A stretch of DNA of 40,134 bases from a virus. Taxonomy: Duplodnaviria; Caudoviricetes. Below the pieces are notes generated by a model that ran no database searches, was not told the DNA's origin, and saw only the letters and a program-made list of their open reading frames with translations. Location: the IMG/VR virus record IMGVR_UViG_3300030392_000962, positions 1 to 40,134 of that record. One strand, 5' to 3'. How positions within the stretch are numbered: the first letter of the stretch is position 1; each line of letters opens with the position of its first letter. A program made the translations under genes and the position numbers. Shown here in pieces: positions 13,797 to 22,764 of the stretch.

Positions 13797-15814
13797 GCGA
13801 CGAGTTCTTCACACACGACGCTGACAAACCCGGCTCTCTGTGCCAGCCTGTCCGAGGCCGTATGGCCCTGTGCGGAACCGGCACGCAGCGTGGGATACCA
13901 CTGTAACGACTTGATCTTGACATAGCTGGCCGTAGTCAGCGGTCCCCATAGAAACGCCGGCAGCGTGGCCAGGTCTCTCGCCGTCTTCAGGTCGGATATC
14001 ACTACTTCAGGAGTTGTATGTCTCAGCTTGGCGGTAGCCGCGATATCAATATCGAACGCGAACCGTTCAGGCATGGCAGGGTTCTTGAGATACACAAGCT
14101 CGATACTCTGTACCCTCGGCGTTTGCGTGTTGTCACCGCCGTCACGGTTCAGGGTGAATCTCAATCCTATGTTGTTCCCGGTTGCGCCTGCACCGCTGGC
14201 CAGTTGGAACCTCTTGGTGCCGCTGACAAAATTCCCGACTGTGCTTGTTGAACGTGCTGCGTCATCCTCGCCGTAGGTTCCTGCCACGTACTCTCCGCTT
14301 GTGGACGAACTGAGATCAGCCGCAGACATCCTCACGTCCAGCCAGTGGCTGGGGTGAGTGGGCATACCGCCGTCTACATAAGGAAGGTCGATCAGCCCTG
14401 CCGCCTCACGCTTGATAGACACACCTGACAGGGGGTTGGTATTCGGGTATGCGAGGAACCGCGCCGCGACGCTGCTGCTGGATGCCCTGACAGCGAAATG
14501 GAGGCGTTCGACATAGTCGTCTCTTGACGATACATCGATCCACTCAACTGCCACATTGGCCGTGCCGTGCCGGTACATATGGTGCCAGCCCGTGCCGTTG
14601 TGGCACAGTATCCGGGCGTTCCGGCTGGAGGCGTGGCCGCCGAGAGACATATAAAGCATCTGGCCAGATGAGACCAGCGTCTTGGCTGCCCCCAGTAGGT
14701 CGGCCGGTACGCCGTCATTCTGATCAAGACCGAGATTGGTCTCGATAGTGCGGACGCCGCCTGACGTATCCATCGTATATATAGACTGCGGTTCTGAGTT
14801 TCCGACATGGGGAGCGATCCACAGTTTACCCTTGTGTACGGCGAGCCTGTTAACGAAATTAGTTGTGCCTGCCGCAAACGTAGTAAGTACCTTCTGGAAC
14901 GTCCACGTACTGGGAGAGGTGTCCACCTCCCACAGTGCATCGCTGCCAAGGACATATAGCTTGTCGGCATCATCGATACCGGGATAAACAGCAACGCCGT
15001 GTACGCCCACGTCAGGGATGTTTATAGACTCATCAGCCCAGTTGGCAGCCTCGTCTGAACTGCTGAAAAACGTGATAGCGTCAGCGGCATAGTCGTGTAT
15101 GGCGGCAACTATCTCGTTGCCTACAGTAGCCAGCCTGCCCACAGAATAATCAAGGTTGGCGGATATGGTGGTAGAGAGATTGGCGGTGATCTCGGTGGAC
15201 GGCGCATTCCATGTGGTGCCGTCCGGCGTTCGCCGCGTCATGTAGTCATTGCCGTTCCAGAACAGGCAGACGAGCTGCGTCTTATGGGTCTCAAGGTCGA
15301 GTGCTACTGTCTCTCCGCCCGAGGCGTAGACATTCTGCACGTTCTGTACCCATGTGTCACCCGAGCCGTCATACTGGGCAGAGATGACTCCCTTGTTCCC
15401 TGCGCCGTCGTCCTTGTCCCAGACCGAATATAAATGAGTCACGCCGCTGCCGGAGAAGTGGGCTGACGCCCTCAGTACCTCGCCAGCGGTAGCCTCGGTC
15501 GTGTCCTCTGCAAGAATCGGCAGATACCAGCCACTCGTCCAGCGAGTGTCTATTCGAGAGTCATAAAACCCCTGGTATGCAGTGGGTTCTTCCGACTGTG
15601 CAGGCGGTACGTGGTCATGGGTAAACCCCGCACGTAATTCATTAAACAGTATGGTAAGGCCCGGCTGGACACGTTCGGGCCTGTGAATGCCCTCTGTGAT
15701 CAATTGTGGGGCATTCGGCTCGACAGGGAGTTCCTGAACAGGAACCACCCGCCCGTCGATGTTTCGGGGTATTACTGCATAATCCTTCGAGTTGATCCTG
15801 ACACTGTAGGACAT
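13793..15814 (-). CDS. Virion tail protein, probable beta-propeller nozzle/stabilisation protein
   Basis: 673 aa, beta-rich, Asp-box-like RRTPDGTTW and SSDEAANW; follows the adaptor-like gene. Confidence 0.65.
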   Translation of the reverse strand: MSYSVRINSKDYAVIPRNIDGRVVPVQELPVEPNAPQLITEGIHRPERVQPGLTILFNELRAGFTHDHVPPAQSEEPTAYQGFYDSRIDTRWTSGWYLPILAEDTTEATAGEVLRASAHFSGSGVTHLYSVWDKDDGAGNKGVISAQYDGSGDTWVQNVQNVYASGGETVALDLETHKTQLVCLFWNGNDYMTRRTPDGTTWNAPSTEITANLSTTISANLDYSVGRLATVGNEIVAAIHDYAADAITFFSSSDEAANWADESINIPDVGVHGVAVYPGIDDADKLYVLGSDALWEVDTSPSTWTFQKVLTTFAAGTTNFVNRLAVHKGKLWIAPHVGNSEPQSIYTMDTSGGVRTIETNLGLDQNDGVPADLLGAAKTLVSSGQMLYMSLGGHASSRNARILCHNGTGWHHMYRHGTANVAVEWIDVSSRDDYVERLHFAVRASSSSVAARFLAYPNTNPLSGVSIKREAAGLIDLPYVDGGMPTHPSHWLDVRMSAADLSSSTSGEYVAGTYGEDDAARSTSTVGNFVSGTKRFQLASGAGATGNNIGLRFTLNRDGGDNTQTPRVQSIELVYLKNPAMPERFAFDIDIAATAKLRHTTPEVVISDLKTARDLATLPAFLWGPLTTASYVKIKSLQWYPTLRAGSAQGHTASDRLAQRAGFVSVVCEELVA

Positions 15815-15817
15815 ATA

Positions 15818-17128
15818 TCAGAACGTCAGGGCCGGGGACCTTGCGTAATCAAGGATGATATACCGGCCGTCTGAGTCCTCCTCCAAATGCCAGCCTTGGG
15901 GCATCTGCGCTGCCATAGGGGCCATGCGTATACCCGGCTGGTTTATGAGATTATCTGCCCTGCGAGCCCAGAATGCCGGGTTGCCACGTATATCGCCATC
16001 CTCGATACTCACCAGTGATGTCATGCTCGTCAGGATTTCGAGGGCCTTGGCCACGATCAGCCTTATCCGGGGCTCGGTCACCTGCGTGGTGCCGGTGTCG
16101 GATGTCGGTGTGTTCAAAAGTCCCATGCCCTCGACCATCAGTATACGGCCAGATGTAGGCCGGCCGTTTATGGGTATATAAGGCCCGTTGGGCTTGTCCT
16201 CGTCATACTGCATGGTAACGTAATGGGGGCCATGAGTGATCGTGGTCGGAACATCGTACTTGTGGATAGGGTCTATCACGAGCCCGCCGGGGCCGTCGAA
16301 GAAGCCTGTCTTGCCGGCAGGGGCCTCGCAGATGACCTTAACCTGTGTCGCTGACGATGGTATGGCTGTCTTGGCCTCAAGGAGCTGCCATTCGCTCACG
16401 CCGGTATGGTATTCCGAGTTCTCGAACACGCTGCCGCCGAAGTCGATCCGCACACGGGCAGAGCTTGCGGCTGCCGCATAGACCCACCGCTTGAAACTTA
16501 CGGTCTTACCTATGGCTTCTGCACAGTTGATTGTCGGGGTCTGTGTAAGCTGTCCTGCCGCACCACCGCCGGAGGCTATCTTGGCAGATTGCGAGCCCTG
16601 AAAGTTCGGCCCGCCGCCACCGGCACTGGGGCCTTCAGCCGTGAGTGTGGGCGATCCCACCGTGGTCCAGCCCGTAAAGGCGCCTGAAGAAAATGTTTCA
16701 AAATCCGAGTTGCTTAACAGGTCGTCTATAAATATAGATTGGCTTCGTATAGGCAGATACAGCACGTAAGCGAGTTCCTCGATAGCTGCATCTATAGCCT
16801 GGTGCTTGAGAGACGGGTCTACACGGTGAAGCTCGAATGCGTCTGCGGAATCAACCCTGTTCGAGAACGCGAAATTAACCGTGATCGTAGTCGAGGAGGC
16901 CGTGTACCCGCTGGAACCCTTGATACGGCGAATCTCGCCGTTGTTATCACCACTGGTACACATAGCCCAACCCTGGATACCGTCATTATCCTCGGTCAGG
17001 TTGGCAAGTTCTGTATCAATGATAGTCGTCCCGTCACTCGCACCGTTGGACGATGCGGACAGTTCCTGAAAATCACCGATAGCCTTGGAAAGCTGTTGTC
17101 TTAGCTCTTTGCGGGTTGTTGTACCGAT
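15818..17128 (-). CDS. Probable head-tail adaptor/tail protein with inserted carbohydrate-binding-like domain; start probably ATC at 17128
   Basis: The frame stays open upstream of the ATG at 16963 and reads (I)GTTTRKELRQQLSKAIGD; AAGGA lies 9 nt before the ATC; LLSNSDFE..GW is CBM-like. Confidence 0.6.
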   Translation of the reverse strand: MGTTTRKELRQQLSKAIGDFQELSASSNGASDGTTIIDTELANLTEDNDGIQGWAMCTSGDNNGEIRRIKGSSGYTASSTTITVNFAFSNRVDSADAFELHRVDPSLKHQAIDAAIEELAYVLYLPIRSQSIFIDDLLSNSDFETFSSGAFTGWTTVGSPTLTAEGPSAGGGGPNFQGSQSAKIASGGGAAGQLTQTPTINCAEAIGKTVSFKRWVYAAAASSARVRIDFGGSVFENSEYHTGVSEWQLLEAKTAIPSSATQVKVICEAPAGKTGFFDGPGGLVIDPIHKYDVPTTITHGPHYVTMQYDEDKPNGPYIPINGRPTSGRILMVEGMGLLNTPTSDTGTTQVTEPRIRLIVAKALEILTSMTSLVSIEDGDIRGNPAFWARRADNLINQPGIRMAPMAAQMPQGWHLEEDSDGRYIILDYARSPALTF

Positions 17129-17301
17129 GGCAGCACGTCCTTGATCTTGCCGTTGGTCTGGGTTTGCCCGGCCAGTGCTTCTGCCAGCATTCGCTTCAGG
17201 GCGATGTTCTCGACCTGTAGACGGGCTAACTCATTGGTCGCGAGCATGGCGTTAACGTCATCAATCGTAGGAGACGGGATGACGGGATCAGTTGCTGCCA
17301 T
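17101..17301 (-). CDS. Small coiled-coil hypothetical protein
   Basis: TAATG coupling to the upstream gene. Confidence 0.7.
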   Translation of the reverse strand: MAATDPVIPSPTIDDVNAMLATNELARLQVENIALKRMLAEALAGQTQTNGKIKDVLPSVQQPAKS

Positions 17302-17531
17302 TATGTTGCCGCCGTGAACGATACAGGAGTCCATGATGCCTCGTCACGGAGCTGCTGGTTAGCATCGGTAGCAACCAGTGATGCCAGGGCGTTGACCGTG
17401 GCTGCGGCCCAAGTTGCATCATTAGAGTGCTCACTGACTAACTTAGCCTTCACACGGGTAGCAGATGTCAGGGTTACGGTTTTCGTAACACCACCTTCAA
17501 TTGCTAAGGATACTGTAACGTCACCAGTCAT
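17301..17531 (-). CDS. Small hypothetical virion-associated protein
   Basis: GGAGG RBS; TAATG coupling to the tail fibre gene. Confidence 0.7.
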   Translation of the reverse strand: MTGDVTVSLAIEGGVTKTVTLTSATRVKAKLVSEHSNDATWAAATVNALASLVATDANQQLRDEASWTPVSFTAAT

Positions 17532-18799
17532 TATGCGGCCTCCCGTAATTTCTTGATTTCATTGAGCAGTAACACCGATAGCATTGAATATTTGACCGAG
17601 TACGGCTTACCGTCCTTCAGGTTCACAAGCGAGGGCAGAACCTCGTAGACCTCTTCGGCAGTCAGGCCCCAGTCATCGGCTTCGCCGTCTGCCATAGGCC
17701 AGTCCGCAGGGGCATCGGCCTTTTTTGCGCCGAACCGATAGGATCGGGGCTGTAGCTGATAGATCAAGCTGCTATCGACTTCCAGCGTTCGCTTGTCATA
17801 TTTATAGTACTCGCTGGACGTGACTGAATGCAGTTCATCGCTACCGTTGATATTGACGTCGGTTGAGGCCGAGGCCGCTAAGAGATTATAGGCAAATACC
17901 CCGCCGTCAGCCGCTATCCTCACCCGCTCTGTTGCAGCCGCTCCCCCAGTCCCAACACTGGTCCAAAACCCAAGCCTACTAGGCATTTGACCACCATCTG
18001 CGGCAGAGGGAGTCCCGTCAACTGCTGCCTGTATCTTAGCTCCAACGGTACGCAGATCAACCCCATCATCTCCTGCGAATATAATGTCTCCGAGAATATC
18101 GTTATTGATAAGAATAGTGCCGCTACTGCCTACAATGCTGCCGTGTTTAGACTTAACAAATCGCAGGGATGGCCCAGAGCTCTCAGAGTCGAACCTACCG
18201 ATACTGATACCAGAATCAGCAAACGCCGTACCGAGCACCTGTAGTGCAGTTGTCGCGCCTGCACCGATGTTCAATGATGTCGTATGGCCTATGATCACAT
18301 CGCCGGAAGAGTTGATCCGCATACGCTCTGTAGCTCCCCCTGAGCCGTCAGCAGTCGTTGCGAATTCCAGCCTTCCCGGACTGTCATTATTTCCCGGCGT
18401 ACCGTCTACGGCGGCACGGAAATACGCCGCCTGTGGCCCCAGATCGTTATCCGTGGCATCTGCAATACACCAGTAAATTCCACCGATTAGATCATTGTTT
18501 GCTGGAGCCGTATTTGTTCCTATGGATGCGCCCCTGCTCTTACCCATAAAAAACTGGTTGCCGCCAGCATCGTTAGAATACCTGACCATTCCGACGGCAG
18601 TGTCACCCTGTGCAGTGCCTATTATTTGCACCTCTGGCACGGCCCCTTCAGGTGCAACCTGTGCGGTATGACCTACTATCAGCCCTGCGCCGTTTTCGAC
18701 GCGGACATCCTGTGCCTCACGGGTACGGTACTGGCTCCCAGTGTTGTACCAGGGAGAAACCGCCTGTGAACTTATGGCGTATTGCCCTGTTGTGACCAT
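17531..18799 (-). CDS. Tail fibre/spike with C-terminal intramolecular chaperone (peptidase S74-like)
   Basis: TSS..YKYD..L.P..Y..GLxAEEV..V.P.LV..V.Y..L..LL coiled-coil end; two ~125-aa internal repeats ending TER(M/V)RI. Confidence 0.85.
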   Translation of the reverse strand: MVTTGQYAISSQAVSPWYNTGSQYRTREAQDVRVENGAGLIVGHTAQVAPEGAVPEVQIIGTAQGDTAVGMVRYSNDAGGNQFFMGKSRGASIGTNTAPANNDLIGGIYWCIADATDNDLGPQAAYFRAAVDGTPGNNDSPGRLEFATTADGSGGATERMRINSSGDVIIGHTTSLNIGAGATTALQVLGTAFADSGISIGRFDSESSGPSLRFVKSKHGSIVGSSGTILINNDILGDIIFAGDDGVDLRTVGAKIQAAVDGTPSAADGGQMPSRLGFWTSVGTGGAAATERVRIAADGGVFAYNLLAASASTDVNINGSDELHSVTSSEYYKYDKRTLEVDSSLIYQLQPRSYRFGAKKADAPADWPMADGEADDWGLTAEEVYEVLPSLVNLKDGKPYSVKYSMLSVLLLNEIKKLREAA

Positions 18800-18801
18800 G
18801 C

Positions 18802-19569
18802 TTATGTCCTCACCCAGTTGATCTGTAAGGTATCAGTGCCGCTGGCCAGTATGCACTCGATAGAGCCGAGTACCCGCCGGTCGAAACTGACACCGTACTC
18901 CTGCCCTGCCCTGAAGTACCCCCGGGCGGTATCATTGTTCAGTGCCCAAAGGTCATCGATCTCGGTATCAGAGTCCATTGCGCCGTTCCATGAGAGGCGC
19001 AGCCACATTCCGACTGTCGAGGGTGCGTCTGCATTGCTGGTGTCAAACGGATTGTTCGGCCCACCAAGGCTTCCCCGCTTCCAGTCGGTAACGGCCGACC
19101 ATGTAATACTGCCTGTAACAGCAAAATTCTTGCTGCTGGATGACGTGCCGTCGGTAGGGGACAGGCTGGTCCAACTGTCGTCGTTCTGACGGTATTCCGC
19201 AGCGAGTGCAGAGGTGTTACCGTTCGCAGCGCCGATGACCACCCTGATACCGGCTACAGGCTCCTCAAGGCATATATAGAGATAGTCCGAGGTCGTAGCC
19301 GAGTCCATAGCAGTCCCGGTGCCTGTTGACGTGCTGCGGTCGAGCAGATTAGATGTCTGGATCTTGTACCTCGATCCCGCATCCGCAGAGGCGTCATAGA
19401 AATAGACGTCTTTAATCGCGGGGTTCAGGTTCATACGAAAGTCCGAAGACGGCCCGTAGAACTGGGCCTGATAGACATTCGGAGGAATCCCTAGCGAGGC
19501 GAGGGTAGTGGACAGGGAGAGCGTTTCTCCCTCAACATTGGTAGCCCCAACGGGGTACGAGGCAGGCAT
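18802..19569 (-). CDS. Hypothetical structural protein
   Basis: AAGGAG RBS; beta-rich; lies in the virion operon. Confidence 0.7.
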   Translation of the reverse strand: MPASYPVGATNVEGETLSLSTTLASLGIPPNVYQAQFYGPSSDFRMNLNPAIKDVYFYDASADAGSRYKIQTSNLLDRSTSTGTGTAMDSATTSDYLYICLEEPVAGIRVVIGAANGNTSALAAEYRQNDDSWTSLSPTDGTSSSSKNFAVTGSITWSAVTDWKRGSLGGPNNPFDTSNADAPSTVGMWLRLSWNGAMDSDTEIDDLWALNNDTARGYFRAGQEYGVSFDRRVLGSIECILASGTDTLQINWVRT

Positions 19570-19641
19570 AACCTAACTCCTTCTTTCTCGTTCGTTCTCT
19601 TAGAAGCCGGCTTGTTTAGATTGTGAAGCAACGGGTGCCGG

Positions 19642-20379
19642 CTAATATGCTGGTTGTTGTACCCGCCACTTGTGGAGCTGCATCGTTCGCGACGCAGACC
19701 CGGCTCTCGCCTGACAAAACGTCCAGGGAGTGAGCTTGCTGCCGCCTTCGATTCCGCTGCCGTGGGTCGCAACAACCGTGCCGTTAATATATCCGACGAC
19801 GTCATTGTTGGTAACCCGTACTGCGAATCGATAGGTGGTGTTTGCAGCTACTGCCATTATGTCCTGTGTCGTGCTTACTGTGCCGCCGTTGGCAGAGACA
19901 AAAGCGATATTAGCATCATCATCTGTGTCAACCACAAATACCCCGAAATCAGCCGCCGTGGCCGTTGTGGTGGCAGCTTTCTGGTTAACCGCTCCTGCAT
20001 CGTCGTCTGCATCTGACAGCCCACACTCAAACTTGAGCGTGGTGACAGCGGCGGGAGTACGCATAATGAACTCAGCCAGCACGCCACGGTCGCCGGTGAA
20101 CTGAAGTCCCATGCCCTGCCCGGCATAGCCGTTATCAGCCGTACCACTTACCAAGTCAAGATATGCATTCTGGTTGTGCTCGGTGAAGGTAACTGCCGCT
20201 GACGTGCCGTTTGTCTTGGCCGCAGGGTACTGGCCCAAAATCGCATCACCCCAGAACTTATCCTCGAACATATCTATGTCAAAAGAAGACACTGAATGGA
20301 ATGCGACTTCACGCTTACCGATGCCGAGCCTGTCCAGAAGACCGTCAGTCGGATAGGGAGTCAAATCAACTGTTGCCAT
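19642..20379 (-). CDS. Hypothetical structural protein (beta-sandwich, possible capsid decoration)
   Basis: GGAG RBS; close downstream of the MCP; beta-rich. Confidence 0.7.
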   Translation of the reverse strand: MATVDLTPYPTDGLLDRLGIGKREVAFHSVSSFDIDMFEDKFWGDAILGQYPAAKTNGTSAAVTFTEHNQNAYLDLVSGTADNGYAGQGMGLQFTGDRGVLAEFIMRTPAAVTTLKFECGLSDADDDAGAVNQKAATTTATAADFGVFVVDTDDDANIAFVSANGGTVSTTQDIMAVAANTTYRFAVRVTNNDVVGYINGTVVATHGSGIEGGSKLTPWTFCQARAGSASRTMQLHKWRVQQPAY

Positions 20380-20402
20380 TTTTCTTGTTCTCCGTTCTCA
20401 GT

Positions 20403-20759
20403 TTAGTCAGCCAGTACCATGCCCATTGACCGTAATCTGCCTACGGCATCGTCTGGCACATCAAGTGTATGAACTACCGGCCTGCGCCGTACCCAGCCCC
20501 AGATGACGTACTTACGCCGTCCGGGCTCTACAGGACCGTCCGCGTTATATACCCGGGGTCTTTCTACTCTAAGTACCGTAAAGTCCTTAGATTCCCAGTA
20601 TTCCCCGGCCTTCTGCATATAGCTGTCAAACCGCTCTTCTTCAACACGTTCTTCAGGTATATCGTCAGGAACCGTGAAGACAACGTGTTCCCAGAGCCCG
20701 TTTTGCTCAAGGCTCTTATCAACAGGCGGTTCAGCCGGCGGCGCACTGGAATCAATCAT
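20403..20759 (-). CDS. Hypothetical protein
   Basis: 118-aa ORF directly downstream of the MCP. Confidence 0.7.
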   Translation of the reverse strand: MIDSSAPPAEPPVDKSLEQNGLWEHVVFTVPDDIPEERVEEERFDSYMQKAGEYWESKDFTVLRVERPRVYNADGPVEPGRRKYVIWGWVRRRPVVHTLDVPDDAVGRLRSMGMVLAD

Positions 20760-20818
20760 TGTTTATACCAACCTACCACGGGTGCCGGTAATAACAACCG
20801 GCACCCAAAGGCAAGCGA

Positions 20819-21694
20819 TTATTTACCGGCTACTTCTCGTCCGAATATAGTCTTGACCAACTTGATACCGTATACCGCGTAACCGGCTACCTGGTTGAAG
20901 ATGCCGTCCTCGATATTGACGTCTGACACCATCGTGATATTTTTCTGCATGGCACCTGCAATGGCCTCCATGTGGAACAGGGCGTTCTTCTTGCCCGAGG
21001 TGCCGCCTTCAAGGTTGTTGGATACCCAGACATCGTAGCTGTAAACACTTCCGATAAGACCGTAGGGCCTGTCACCCGGAAGGTTTCCTACAGCCCCTCC
21101 GTAGAGGGAGTTTCGGAAAGCTTCTATCTTCATCAAGGAAGCCTTGCTCGCAGGACTCACTACGAGATGCCTGTTCTCAGCCGGGGCATTGTTGTCGTCA
21201 AGGTTCGTCTCGGCGGTGAACAGGGTGTCCTCGGTAATGTCTACGTTGTCAGTCCCGATTGGGGTAAACGCATCGAGTCCATTGCTGTTGTCGGATGCTA
21301 CATCGTTGTCTGCCTGAAGGGCCACAGCCTGTCCGATACCATTTGTCAAAAGGTCTACATACTTCGGCATGGTCTGTACAGCCATCTCAGCAGGCATCTT
21401 GTAGGCTTTATAGGCCATCGTGTCAACTACGAGCTGTATCTGTGATTCCGTGACGGCATCGAAACTGATCGCTGCCCCCGTACCGAATGTGCTTCTCTTG
21501 GTCGCCCCAGTGTTCTGCGCGAATGTCGGGATGTTAACCGTGTCACCACGGCCGACACCTATCTCCGGCTCCCAGCGCCTGTCGATCAGGTTCCACAGAA
21601 CGGTGTTTGATTGATATGTGATCGTTGCAAGCTCGCTCCACTGTTCAGGGAGCCAACTTGCCATTGTAGTGCCTGTCATCGGTACAACTGCCAT
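20819..21694 (-). CDS. Major capsid protein (HK97 fold, P22/T7-like)
   Basis: PExWS..GDTVxIP..L.+D..A..LD.NNAP.E.R.+VVSP..G.+G..Y.+.VSNNL..FH..A+..YG.K; GAGGTG RBS. Confidence 0.9.
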   Translation of the reverse strand: MAVVPMTGTTMASWLPEQWSELATITYQSNTVLWNLIDRRWEPEIGVGRGDTVNIPTFAQNTGATKRSTFGTGAAISFDAVTESQIQLVVDTMAYKAYKMPAEMAVQTMPKYVDLLTNGIGQAVALQADNDVASDNSNGLDAFTPIGTDNVDITEDTLFTAETNLDDNNAPAENRHLVVSPASKASLMKIEAFRNSLYGGAVGNLPGDRPYGLIGSVYSYDVWVSNNLEGGTSGKKNALFHMEAIAGAMQKNITMVSDVNIEDGIFNQVAGYAVYGIKLVKTIFGREVAGK

Positions 21695-21722
21695 TACATC
21701 ACCTCATTTATTACGAGAGAGC

Positions 21723-22490
21723 CTACTGCTGGCCGACCTTGCCCAGTAGGGCCTGCCGGCGAGCCTGAAGCGCATCCCGCGTTTTAAGTTCGTTTAGATT
21801 TCTATCTCCGAAATTAACCGTCCCGGTGCCCGCCCCTGAAGTAGCAGGGCTTGCTATATCATTCACCCCTGCATCTTCGAGGGCCTTTGTGCGGGCCTCC
21901 TGTGCTTCTTTTCTGGCGTTGGCCACGGCAGTCTTATTCTTTTCTCTCTCTTTAGACCTTGCGATCTTATGTACCTCTTGTACTGCGGCTGTGACCTTCG
22001 TCAAATCTTTTTGCTCGTACCCCTCGTTTATGAGTTGTACTGCGCCGTCAAGCTCAGTCGCCTTCCAGTCCATGAGTGGCTCACCACCCTCGTCCCGGAG
22101 AGCATCATCCGCACTGGCTACCTGGCTCTGGTAAGCCTTGTCGAACAGTCCCGAAGCCCGTGTCTGCGCGGACTCTGCGTTGATCTCATTGAGCGTGCCG
22201 GCGAGGTTAGCGGTATCGTTATTGACCAGGGCGTTTATAAGCGCATCGTTGGATTTTCGGAAAGCCGACATCTCGTCACCGAGATGATCCATCCGTGCGT
22301 CCTGTTCTGCCCTGCTCCTTGATACACCGTCCCTCGACTTGACATCGTTCTTGAGTTTCGCGTTCTCCGCTGCCAGCGACTCAAGCTGGGTCTGTAAATC
22401 GACCGGGGCTTGCTCTACTGCCGCCTCCGGCGCCGGAATGTCCTCTGACGGGACTTCCGCACCCTCGGTGACCTGTCCTTCTGTAACCAT
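21723..22490 (-). CDS. Capsid scaffolding protein
   Basis: Acidic N-terminus, coiled-coil, immediately upstream of the MCP; AGGAGG RBS. Confidence 0.75.
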   Translation of the reverse strand: MVTEGQVTEGAEVPSEDIPAPEAAVEQAPVDLQTQLESLAAENAKLKNDVKSRDGVSRSRAEQDARMDHLGDEMSAFRKSNDALINALVNNDTANLAGTLNEINAESAQTRASGLFDKAYQSQVASADDALRDEGGEPLMDWKATELDGAVQLINEGYEQKDLTKVTAAVQEVHKIARSKEREKNKTAVANARKEAQEARTKALEDAGVNDIASPATSGAGTGTVNFGDRNLNELKTRDALQARRQALLGKVGQQ

Positions 22491-22533
22491 TCTGTACCTC
22501 CTGCTGAATCGCCCTCAAGGGGTCGTTCAGAGT

Positions 22534-22567
22534 AAAATAAAAGGCCCACGGACAGAGCCCTGGGCCT
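22534..22567 (-). terminator. Hairpin + U-tract upstream of the scaffold gene (terminator/regulatory)
   Basis: AGGCCCA..TGGGCCT stem followed by TTTATTTT on the minus strand. Confidence 0.55.
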
Positions 22568-22764
22568 CAAACACCTTGGCTGAACTATTCAATTGCTGAC
22601 TACTCTAGCATGGACATCAGGGCGTTGTCTATCCGGCTGCACACATCCGCCCTTCTCGGCAATAATCTTCCGCATCTCGCGGTTGGTCATCCGGCGAGTG
22701 TGGCGTTCCTTGAAAATCGCGTCGCGGCATTCAGAGTATATCGAGTTATTTCGTTCGTCACACA

